DNA from: Thermoplasmatales archaeon
GTDB taxonomy: Archaea; Thermoplasmatota; E2; DHVEG-1
Reading direction: 5' to 3'
NCBI GenBank assembly: GCA_030672305.1
Contig: DAOVGR010000014.1
Coordinates: 10,510 to 74,509, forward strand
DNA length: 64,000 nt
The notes beneath the pieces were generated by a model. That model had not been told where the DNA came from, ran no database searches, and saw only the letters and a list, made by a program, of their open reading frames with translations. Positions 29,711 through 38,229 of this stretch are shown piece after piece (position 1 is the stretch's first letter; every line of letters begins with the position of its first letter). A program made the translations under genes and the position numbers.

Positions 29711-30844
29711 TTATGCTACGAAATCAATGCCAAATTCTTCTTTTTCAAATGATTTCTGAGTTGGACCAAGGATCTGCTTTGATTTAACGCCTGTTATTAC
29801 AAGCATTGCTCGAATGTTACTCTTAAGATTTGGATCAACTGTTGTACCCCATATTATTCGTGCGTTCGGATCGACTCTTGAATATATCTCCTCAACTACT
29901 CGCTCTGCTTCACTAATAGTCATATCTTCACCACCTGTGACATTGACCAGTGCACCTGTTGCCTCAGATATATCAACCTCCAAGAGAGGAGAATTAAGAG
30001 CTTCTACAACAGCATTAACTGCTTTATTTTCACCTTCTGCTTCTCCAAGTCCTATCATAGCTACTCCACCACGTTTCATAACAGTTTTTAAATCAGCAAA
30101 ATCTAGGTTTACAAGACCAGGCATTGTTATCATCTCAGTTATGCCCTTAATAGACCTCATTAAAACCTCATCTGCAACCTTGAAAGCAGCATTAAGTGAA
30201 AGATTTGGAACAATATCAAGTAGTTTATCATTTGGAATTACAATAACAGTATCACAAATATCCCTCAACCGTTTTAGACCTGTTTCAGCGTTTTCCATTC
30301 GAATTACTCCTTCTACACTAAATGGAAGGGTAACAACACCTATAGTTAATGCACCTGTTTCTTTGGCAATTTGTGCAACTATTGGAGATGCCCCAGTACC
30401 AGTTCCGCCTCCAAGTCCGCATGTTACAAATACCATATCAGCATGACCAATAGCACCTCTTATATCTGGTTCACTTTCTTTTGCCGCCTCTTCACCAATC
30501 TGAGGTAAAGAGCCTGCACCAAGACCTCTGGTTAGGTGTCTACCAATCAAGACTTTATGAGGTGATTGAGTTAATAATAGATGCTGAGCATCAGTATTAA
30601 TAGCAACTAACTCTGCTCCACTTATCAGGCTTGCTACACAACGAGCGATAGTATTTGTTCCAGCACCTCCACAACCAATTACTTTAATAGTAGTGGTGAG
30701 GCCAGATAATACTTCTTCAAGTTCTCTATCAACAGTATTACGTGTTAACGATTTGTTTAAAGGATCATTCTTTTTATTTGTTTTTTTAGCTGGTTTTTTA
30801 GCATTTTTCTCATTTGCAACTACTTCTTCAATAATCTTCTTCAT
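29711..30844 (-). CDS. ftsZ: Cell division protein FtsZ
   Basis: [15 protein letters not shown] and NLDFAD motifs. Confidence 0.97.
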   Translation of the reverse strand: MKKIIEEVVANEKNAKKPAKKTNKKNDPLNKSLTRNTVDRELEEVLSGLTTTIKVIGCGGAGTNTIARCVASLISGAELVAINTDAQHLLLTQSPHKVLIGRHLTRGLGAGSLPQIGEEAAKESEPDIRGAIGHADMVFVTCGLGGGTGTGASPIVAQIAKETGALTIGVVTLPFSVEGVIRMENAETGLKRLRDICDTVIVIPNDKLLDIVPNLSLNAAFKVADEVLMRSIKGITEMITMPGLVNLDFADLKTVMKRGGVAMIGLGEAEGENKAVNAVVEALNSPLLEVDISEATGALVNVTGGEDMTISEAERVVEEIYSRVDPNARIIWGTTVDPNLKSNIRAMLVITGVKSKQILGPTQKSFEKEEFGIDFVA

Positions 30845-30951
30845 AAACTCACCATACCCTCACACCAATAATCCCCTCATAACTGAGATTAATATATTTT
30901 TTTCAATATTGTAAACAAAAATCTAATAATTAAAGATTTCCTAAAAATTGT

Positions 30952-31767
30952 TTAAATAATTTCCAAAGAAAAGTCAATACTTTTTATTGAGTGAGTGATA
31001 TATCCAAGAGAGATTCTATCTGCAAATGAGGCATATTTGCTAATATTACTTAACGTAATTCCACCTGATATTTCAATAAGGATATTTTGATTTATCTCTC
31101 TGATTTTTTTTGCAATTTCTCTTCCAGTTTCCGGATCAAAATTATCAAGCATAATAACATCAACATTGAGTGCTGCAGCAGTTATTGCATCCTTTTCATT
31201 TTCAACTTCAACTTCTATAATTTTATTTTTAACTTTTTCTTTAATTATGATAATTGTTTTTTTGACAGAACCAATAAGTTTAATGTGATTATCCTTAATC
31301 ATAATTGCATCATAAAGTCCAAATCTATGAGATTCTCCACCACCAATTACAACAGCTTTTTTTTCATATTTACGAAATCCCGGAGTTGTCTTTCTTGTTG
31401 CAGCCACTGTAACTTTAGGGTTTATTGATTTACAAATTTCTACTAGTTTCTTTGTCTCTGTGGAAATACCACTCATTCTTCCAATTATGTTTATTGCCAA
31501 TCTTTCTCCTTTAAGAATTGATCTTGCTGTACCATCGACAATGGCGACAATAGTCCCTTTTTTGACAAAATCACCATTATTTACCTTAAACTCTGTATTT
31601 GCACCAGTCTTATCATATACATCTTTAATTTCATCTAAGCCTGCAATAATACAGTTTTCTTTTGTAATAATATGAGCTTTAGCATATTCATTAAAAAATA
31701 ATGAATCAGATGTGATATCTCCTTCAGTTCCAAGATCCTCATCAAGAAATCTATCAATATCGTTCAT
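30952..31767 (-). CDS. nadC: Quinolinate phosphoribosyltransferase (ATG 31767 preferred)
   Basis: ATRKTTPG, HRFGL, IKDNH, EVEVE, MLDN and SGGI motifs. Confidence 0.95.
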   Translation of the reverse strand: MNDIDRFLDEDLGTEGDITSDSLFFNEYAKAHIITKENCIIAGLDEIKDVYDKTGANTEFKVNNGDFVKKGTIVAIVDGTARSILKGERLAINIIGRMSGISTETKKLVEICKSINPKVTVAATRKTTPGFRKYEKKAVVIGGGESHRFGLYDAIMIKDNHIKLIGSVKKTIIIIKEKVKNKIIEVEVENEKDAITAAALNVDVIMLDNFDPETGREIAKKIREINQNILIEISGGITLSNISKYASFADRISLGYITHSIKSIDFSLEII

Positions 31768-31816
31768 AACAATATTTTTTATATTGATTTGGTGTTTTAA
31801 GGTTTTGGTAGATTGC

Positions 31817-32584
31817 ATGAATCTTGGAATTATTGGCTGTGGGGCAATTGGAACTGATTTGGCTCTTGCTGCAGATAAAATAAAGGAAATTGAAAAAATA
31901 TATCTCTATGATATCAAAGAAAATGCATCAAAAGATCTTTGTAAAAAGATTACAAAATCAGAGGTAAAAAAAGTTAAGGATTTTTTACCACTTGTAGACG
32001 TTGTTTTTGAAGGTGCTTCACAAAAAGCTGTAAAGGACTATGCAGAAGAAGTTCTAAATGCAGGAAAAAATTTAATCATTATGAGTGTTGGGAGTTTGTT
32101 CAAAGACAGTTTTAGGAAAAAACTTCAAAATAAAGCCCGAGAAAAAAAATGTAAAATTTATATTCCCTCAGGCGCAATTTGTGGAATTGATGGAATCTTA
32201 TCAGCTAGTATAGGTGGTATAGATGAGGTAACCCTTGTAACAACCAAGCCACCAGAATCCTTTGGAAAAAATTATTCTATACGAACTGTACTTTTTAAAG
32301 GAAATGCTAAAGATGCTGTGAAAAAATTTCCTACAAATATAAATGTAGCTGCAAGTCTATCCCTTGCTGGGATGGGATTTAATTTAACGCAAGTGCAGAT
32401 TGTTGCTGATCCTGTAGTTAGCAGGATAAGTCATAAGATACTTGCTCATGGAAAATTTGGAAGATTACGAGTTGAATTAGAGAATATGCCTAATCCTAAT
32501 AATCCAGGATCGAGTTATATGGCTTCATTGTCTGCTATTGCAACTCTTAAAAAAATAATTGATCCTATACAAATAGGTATTTAA
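31817..32584 (+). CDS. nadX: L-aspartate dehydrogenase
   Basis: GCGAIG, PSGAICGID and FPTNINVAA motifs. Confidence 0.92.
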   Translation: MNLGIIGCGAIGTDLALAADKIKEIEKIYLYDIKENASKDLCKKITKSEVKKVKDFLPLVDVVFEGASQKAVKDYAEEVLNAGKNLIIMSVGSLFKDSFRKKLQNKAREKKCKIYIPSGAICGIDGILSASIGGIDEVTLVTTKPPESFGKNYSIRTVLFKGNAKDAVKKFPTNINVAASLSLAGMGFNLTQVQIVADPVVSRISHKILAHGKFGRLRVELENMPNPNNPGSSYMASLSAIATLKKIIDPIQIGI

Positions 32585-32717
32585 TTAACGTTTAACATAG
32601 ATTTAGTAAAGGTGTAAAGACAAAAGATAGATTTAAATAATAAAAATCCAGGACTATAATTTTTAACTAAACCAAAACTAAATATCTATCTTTTAATTAC
32701 TCAATTCAATAGAGATT

Positions 32718-34661
32718 ATGAAATTTGAAATTAAAGATAGAGATGCTGCAGGTAGAATATGTAAATTTACTACAAAGCATGGTACTATCAATACTCCTAC
32801 GCTCCTACCTGTAATTAATCCTAATAAGATGTTGATTACTCCAAAAGAAATGAAAAATCTTTTTGGTGTAGAAATAGTAATCACAAACTCATACATTATA
32901 TTTAAAGATAAGAAATTAAGAAAAATAGCATTAGAAAAAGGAGTTCATAAACTTATAGATTTTAATGGACCAATCATGACTGATTCTGGGACATTTCAAT
33001 CTTATGTGTATGGTGATATCAAAATAGATCCTATTGAAATTGTTGAATTTCAACGAGATATTGGAAGTGATATTGGTACAATACTTGATGTTTTTAGTAC
33101 TCCAAATCAAAAAAAATCAGAAGTTGAACAAATTGTTAAAGAAACAGTTAAACGTGCAAAAAAAAGTGTTGATGTAAAAGGAGATATGGCACTTGCGTGT
33201 ACAGTCCAAGGTTCTATTTATCCTGATGTAAGGCAGATATGTGCAAAACAACTAAGCAAATTAGATTCAGATTTTTTTCCCATAGGGGGGGTTGTACCTC
33301 TTATGGAAAACCAGAGATATACTGATCTTGTAAGATGTATTATCTATTCAAAAAAAGGTTTAGATCCCTCTAAACCAGTACATTTATTTGGAGCAGGACA
33401 CCCTCTTATATTTCCACTTGCGGTTGCTCTTGGATGCGATTTTTTTGATTCGTCTGCTTATGTAAAGTACGCAAATGATGATAGATTTCTTTTCCCCTGG
33501 GGAACTGAAAAGCTTGATAATTTAATAGAATTACCGTGCTCCTGCCCAATTTGTTCGAAATATACTAAAACTGAGTTATTAAAAATGGATAAAAATGTTA
33601 AAACTATAGAAATTGCTAAGCATAATCTGTATATCACTTTTATGGAATTAAAAAAGATAAGAAATGCGATTGCACAGGGTAATCTTTGGGAACTTGTTGA
33701 AAGAAGAGCAAATTCTAATCCTTATCTACTCGAAGCATTAAAGGAGCTTAGAAAAAAGGAAAATAAAGAATTTCTAGAGCAATTTGAACCAACTAGCAAG
33801 AAAAAAGCATTGTTTTATACAGGATGTCAGACTATCCATAGACCAGAAGTATATAGAATTCAAAAAAGGTTACTAGAAAGATATAACGAATCATATGATA
33901 CAACAATAGTTTTTCCAGATGGAACTAAACCTTATTCAGTTTATTATTCTGATAAAATTAATAGAATATTTAAGCGGAATTGTAAATTAAATATCCTGAT
34001 TGATTCTCATCTTGGTCCTGTTCCTCTTGAACTTGATGAAATGTATCCTTTTGCCCAGTCAATATTTCCAGATGTAACTGATAAAGAAACTGAGGAATTT
34101 GTAACAAAAATATTTGATGATTTCATAAAAAATAAAAATATGATATGTTGGACTGGATCTGCAACCTTGAATGAGTTTCAACCAAATCAAGAAGAATGTA
34201 AAGATTTTGATATAATGAGGATCTCTGCTATTTCCGATATGCAATTTGGAAAAGGTGCAGGAAAAGCTATACTTAATGGGAAAATAAGAATTGTCAAATC
34301 AAAAAAGACAAGTAAAATAAGAAATATTTACTGCAATGAAAAACATGTTTTATCAATGCGTGCCGAAGATGGCATGTTTACCCTAAAATTAGATGGAGCA
34401 AAATTGTTACATAAATATTTTAAATACCCAAAGCTAAGAGTTGTTGTCGATGATGACGTATCTGCATTTATCAAAGAAGGTAAAAGTGTTTTTTCAAAAT
34501 TTGTTAAAGATTGTGACCCTGAGATTAGACCTTTTGACGAATGTCTAATAGTAAATGAAAGTGACGTGTTGATTGCAGTTGGCCGATGTCTATTAAATCG
34601 AATAGAGATGTTATCATTTTCCTATGGCATGGCTGTTAAAACAAGAGATGCTGTGGGTTAG
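32718..34661 (+). CDS. tgtA: Archaeosine tRNA-guanine(15) transglycosylase with PUA domain
   Basis: MTDSGTFQ, HLFGAGHP, FDSSAY and CSCPIC motifs; C-terminal PUA domain. Confidence 0.95.
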   Translation: MKFEIKDRDAAGRICKFTTKHGTINTPTLLPVINPNKMLITPKEMKNLFGVEIVITNSYIIFKDKKLRKIALEKGVHKLIDFNGPIMTDSGTFQSYVYGDIKIDPIEIVEFQRDIGSDIGTILDVFSTPNQKKSEVEQIVKETVKRAKKSVDVKGDMALACTVQGSIYPDVRQICAKQLSKLDSDFFPIGGVVPLMENQRYTDLVRCIIYSKKGLDPSKPVHLFGAGHPLIFPLAVALGCDFFDSSAYVKYANDDRFLFPWGTEKLDNLIELPCSCPICSKYTKTELLKMDKNVKTIEIAKHNLYITFMELKKIRNAIAQGNLWELVERRANSNPYLLEALKELRKKENKEFLEQFEPTSKKKALFYTGCQTIHRPEVYRIQKRLLERYNESYDTTIVFPDGTKPYSVYYSDKINRIFKRNCKLNILIDSHLGPVPLELDEMYPFAQSIFPDVTDKETEEFVTKIFDDFIKNKNMICWTGSATLNEFQPNQEECKDFDIMRISAISDMQFGKGAGKAILNGKIRIVKSKKTSKIRNIYCNEKHVLSMRAEDGMFTLKLDGAKLLHKYFKYPKLRVVVDDDVSAFIKEGKSVFSKFVKDCDPEIRPFDECLIVNESDVLIAVGRCLLNRIEMLSFSYGMAVKTRDAVG

Positions 34662-34712
34662 TTTTTTCAGAAAACTCTTTAATACTATACAAAGCTTATT
34701 TTTTTGGATAAG

Positions 34713-35315
34713 ATGAGCAGATATGGTAGTGGTTTTAGGGAACCCCCATGGGTAATGGGTTCTCCAAAAGAGGTTATGGACTGGATGGAAGCTAGTCATC
34801 CTGGTGAAAAGGGAAAAGATAAACATAAATATAAAAAAGAATTTTTGAAAAATCTTCATATAAAGTTTGATTTTGATGTAAAAAGAAAAGAGGTAGATCC
34901 TCCCAGTTTTCTTTCGAAGATGATATTTGGAAAAATGATAGAGGAAGACTTTGAATTGCTCTCTACTACGGAATTGATATTAAGAGGACTTGCAAAAGCA
35001 AAGTTTAGAAATACAGCAAAAATAGTTGTTGATGGTAATACACTGTATGAACATCCTGAGAAAAAATCAGATCTTAGAAAAACAATAGAGGACATAGGTG
35101 AATATTCATCTGAAATAACAAAAGGGAAAAATGTCATAATAACTGCAATATTGGCAGATGTAGAAAAGAGTACTGCTACTATAAAAATAAACAAAATCCA
35201 TAGTCCAAAAGAACATTCAGTTGACATTCAAATAACAGGTAAGATTAGAAAAGAGATCTACCACACATTTCTCAACTACTTAAACGAAAAAATAGGTTTA
35301 AAAGAAGAATCTTAG
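34713..35315 (+). CDS. Hypothetical protein
   Basis: 200-aa ORF with upstream TATA-like element; no recognised motif. Confidence 0.65.
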   Translation: MSRYGSGFREPPWVMGSPKEVMDWMEASHPGEKGKDKHKYKKEFLKNLHIKFDFDVKRKEVDPPSFLSKMIFGKMIEEDFELLSTTELILRGLAKAKFRNTAKIVVDGNTLYEHPEKKSDLRKTIEDIGEYSSEITKGKNVIITAILADVEKSTATIKINKIHSPKEHSVDIQITGKIRKEIYHTFLNYLNEKIGLKEES

Positions 35316-35403
35316 AATTAATCGTCAATAGACGAATTTCTAATAAACAATTATAAAAATAGGTAGCTGAATTCTGGTTCACTTAATAAGGAGGCATTAT
35401 TTT

Positions 35404-36669
35404 ATGTCAAATAAAGATAAATCATCACAAATATCTGGTTTCTATAAGCTATCAATTAAAGACAGAATAGAATTGGTAAAAAAATTTTCTAATCTGAATG
35501 ATGAAGAAACACAGTTGTTTTCTTCCTGCTTAAATATGGATATTGCCGATAGAATGATTGAGAATGTCTTAGGAACTTTTGAAATTCCTCTCGGAATAGC
35601 TGTAAATTTTCTGATTAATAATAAGGATTATCTTGTGCCAATGGCAATAGAGGAATCAAGTGTTGTTGCTGCAGCAAGTAATGCTGCAAAAATTGCAAGA
35701 ATTAATGGGGGATTTAAAACTGAATGTACAGAGCCTCTAATGATAGGTCAAATTCAGATTTTACATATCGATGATGTTGTAGGTTCAGCCAAAAAAATCT
35801 TGAATAAAAAGAAAGAAATTTTAAAACTTGCCAATAATCAAGATAAAGTACTTGTAAAATTTGGTGGAGGAGCTAAAGATATTGAGGTAAGAATACTTGA
35901 TAGCCCCATTGGAAAAATGATAGTAGTTCATCTAATTGTGGATGTTCGTGATGCAATGGGAGCAAATGCTGTTAATACAATGTGTGAAGCCCTTGCTCCA
36001 ATGCTTGAAGAGATAGCAAATGGTAAGGTCCGGTTAAAAATTCTTTCAAATCTTGCTGATAAACGAATTGTTAAGGCAAAAGCTGTGTTTGATAAAGAAA
36101 AAATGGGAGGAGAAAAAGTTGTTGATGCATTCCTTGAATCTTATAATCTTGCAGCGATTGATCCATACAGAGCAGCTACTCATAACAAGGGAATAATGAA
36201 TGGTATTGACTCATTGATCATTGCAACTGGTAATGATTTTCGGGCAATTGAAGCAGGTGCCCATGCATATGCAGCTAAAAATGGGCAATATACCTCATTA
36301 AGTCATTACTACAAAGATAAGAATGGAAATCTTGTTGGCGAATTAGAACTACCAATGGCTATAGGGATCATTGGTGGTGTAGGAAACATCCATCCTAAAG
36401 CAAAACTTTGCAAGAAAATACTTGGTATAAAAACTGCAAAAGAGCTAGCGGAAATAGTGGTAAGTCTTGGCCTTGCTCAGAATTTTGCTGCGGTATTTGC
36501 TTTATCAACAGTAGGAATACAAAAGGGACATATGTCATTACATGCAAAAAATATAGCAGTAATGGCTGGTGCAGAGGGAAATGAAATTGATAAAGTTGCA
36601 GAAAAGATGATAAAAGAAGGCAAAATAAAAATAGATAGAGCAGAAGAAATATTAAAAGAAATTAGATAA
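35404..36669 (+). CDS. mvaA: HMG-CoA reductase, class II (bacterial-type)
   Basis: ENVLG, EESSVVAA, DAMGAN, THNKGIMNG and IQKGHM motifs. Confidence 0.93.
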   Translation: MSNKDKSSQISGFYKLSIKDRIELVKKFSNLNDEETQLFSSCLNMDIADRMIENVLGTFEIPLGIAVNFLINNKDYLVPMAIEESSVVAAASNAAKIARINGGFKTECTEPLMIGQIQILHIDDVVGSAKKILNKKKEILKLANNQDKVLVKFGGGAKDIEVRILDSPIGKMIVVHLIVDVRDAMGANAVNTMCEALAPMLEEIANGKVRLKILSNLADKRIVKAKAVFDKEKMGGEKVVDAFLESYNLAAIDPYRAATHNKGIMNGIDSLIIATGNDFRAIEAGAHAYAAKNGQYTSLSHYYKDKNGNLVGELELPMAIGIIGGVGNIHPKAKLCKKILGIKTAKELAEIVVSLGLAQNFAAVFALSTVGIQKGHMSLHAKNIAVMAGAEGNEIDKVAEKMIKEGKIKIDRAEEILKEIR

Positions 36670-37117
36670 TTCTATCAGCAATATCCTCTGGTTCTCTTTC
36701 GCAATAATAGCACTTTATTTTAGGCGGATCCTTTTCAATTACGTTAAATCTACTTTTTACAGGTTCATTTGCATTAGATACACATGTAGGATTAGAGCAA
36801 CAGACAATACCAATTATTTCATTTGGTAGCTCAACTTTATGTTTCTTTGCAACATTATAATTACGTATGATATTTATTGTTGCTTTTGGGGCAATAAGTG
36901 CAATTTTATCAACCTCTTGGGGATCAATCTCTCGATTTTCGACTTTCACTATGTCTTTTTTTCCAAATTTACTCTTCACATTTATTGCAACACTTATAAC
37001 AGAAGAAGTACTAATTGGAATACCTAGTATATGTAAGACTTTTACAGCATTTCCCGCAGTAATATGATCAATTACTGTTCCATTCTTAATTAGAGGTATT
37101 TTTAACTCTTTTTTCAT
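36662..37117 (-). CDS. pyrI: Aspartate carbamoyltransferase regulatory subunit
   Basis: NGTVIDHI, CSNPTC and CYYCE motifs. Confidence 0.96.
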   Translation of the reverse strand: MKKELKIPLIKNGTVIDHITAGNAVKVLHILGIPISTSSVISVAINVKSKFGKKDIVKVENREIDPQEVDKIALIAPKATINIIRNYNVAKKHKVELPNEIIGIVCCSNPTCVSNANEPVKSRFNVIEKDPPKIKCYYCEREPEDIADRII

Positions 37118-38043
37118 ATTCTCCCCCCAATAACAAGCGAAAGCAAAGCCATTCTAACAGGTAATCCATTAAAAGCTTGTTTAAAATACAGAGCATGATG
37201 TGTTTTATCAACTTCTGGATCAATTTCAGTAACTCTGGGTAAAGGATGCATAATTATTAGGTCTTCTTTAGCACTTTTTAAAAGTTCGTTATTGACTTTA
37301 TATGAACCAACAACACGATTATATTCTTCGGCATCAGGAAATCGCTCTTTTTGAATTCTTGTAACATACAAAACATCTGCATCTCTTATTGCTTTTTCTA
37401 AATTAGAAGTTGATATAGGTTCTATCCCAAGATCCTTACATTCGCCAACTACTTCATTAGGCATCTTTAAACTAGTAGGAGAGACAAGAGTAAGTTTTGC
37501 TCCATATAAAGCTAAAGCATATGCAAGAGAATGCACGGTTCTACCATATTTTAAATCACCTAAAAGTACTATCTTTTTATTCTTGATTTTTTTCTTCTCT
37601 TCACGTATTGTAAATAAATCAAGAAGACACTGCGTTGGATGTCTCCCTGCTCCATCTCCAGCATTGAGAACAGGCACATCAGAGAATTCAGCAGCAAGTC
37701 GAGCTGCACCTTCATGGGGATGTCTAACTACTATTGCATCACTATATGAATCTGCCATACGTATAGTATCAGAAAGGCTTTCTCCTTTTTTTTGTGAGGT
37801 TCCACTAGGATCTGAAAACCCAATAACTCTTCCACCAAGTCTGTTCATAGAACTCTCAAAACTCAGTCTTGTTCTGGTACTTGGCTCAAAGAATAGTGAT
37901 GATAATACTTTTCCCTTTAATATATTCTTAAATTTATCTCCTTTTGCATAGGGAATCATATCCTCAGCATAATCGAGGATATAGTTGATTTCATTCTTTG
38001 TAAAATCTTTTATTGAAATTATGTCTTTTCCATTAAATTTCAT
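37114..38043 (-). CDS. pyrB: Aspartate carbamoyltransferase catalytic subunit
   Basis: FEPSTRT, HPTQ, RIQKER and HPLPR motifs. Confidence 0.97.
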   Translation of the reverse strand: MKFNGKDIISIKDFTKNEINYILDYAEDMIPYAKGDKFKNILKGKVLSSLFFEPSTRTRLSFESSMNRLGGRVIGFSDPSGTSQKKGESLSDTIRMADSYSDAIVVRHPHEGAARLAAEFSDVPVLNAGDGAGRHPTQCLLDLFTIREEKKKIKNKKIVLLGDLKYGRTVHSLAYALALYGAKLTLVSPTSLKMPNEVVGECKDLGIEPISTSNLEKAIRDADVLYVTRIQKERFPDAEEYNRVVGSYKVNNELLKSAKEDLIIMHPLPRVTEIDPEVDKTHHALYFKQAFNGLPVRMALLSLVIGGRI

Positions 38044-38229
38044 ACAAATCAAAAAGACAAACATGTAAAGGATGTTTAATAAGCTTTTTAATTCGTTAAA
38101 TATAGAAAGGTTGGCATAATATATTAATATAATAAAATTCCTATAGTATTATGATAATAATTGCTCAATAAGATATATATAGTATGCGTTACTGAAAGAG
38201 ATATGTAAGAAAATTGATGGGGACTTTAT

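Noticed and set aside
31712-31818. Apparent head-to-head overlap of nadC and nadX
   Set aside because: An artefact of upstream starts in the ORF track; the likely starts (31767 and 31817) leave a short divergent promoter
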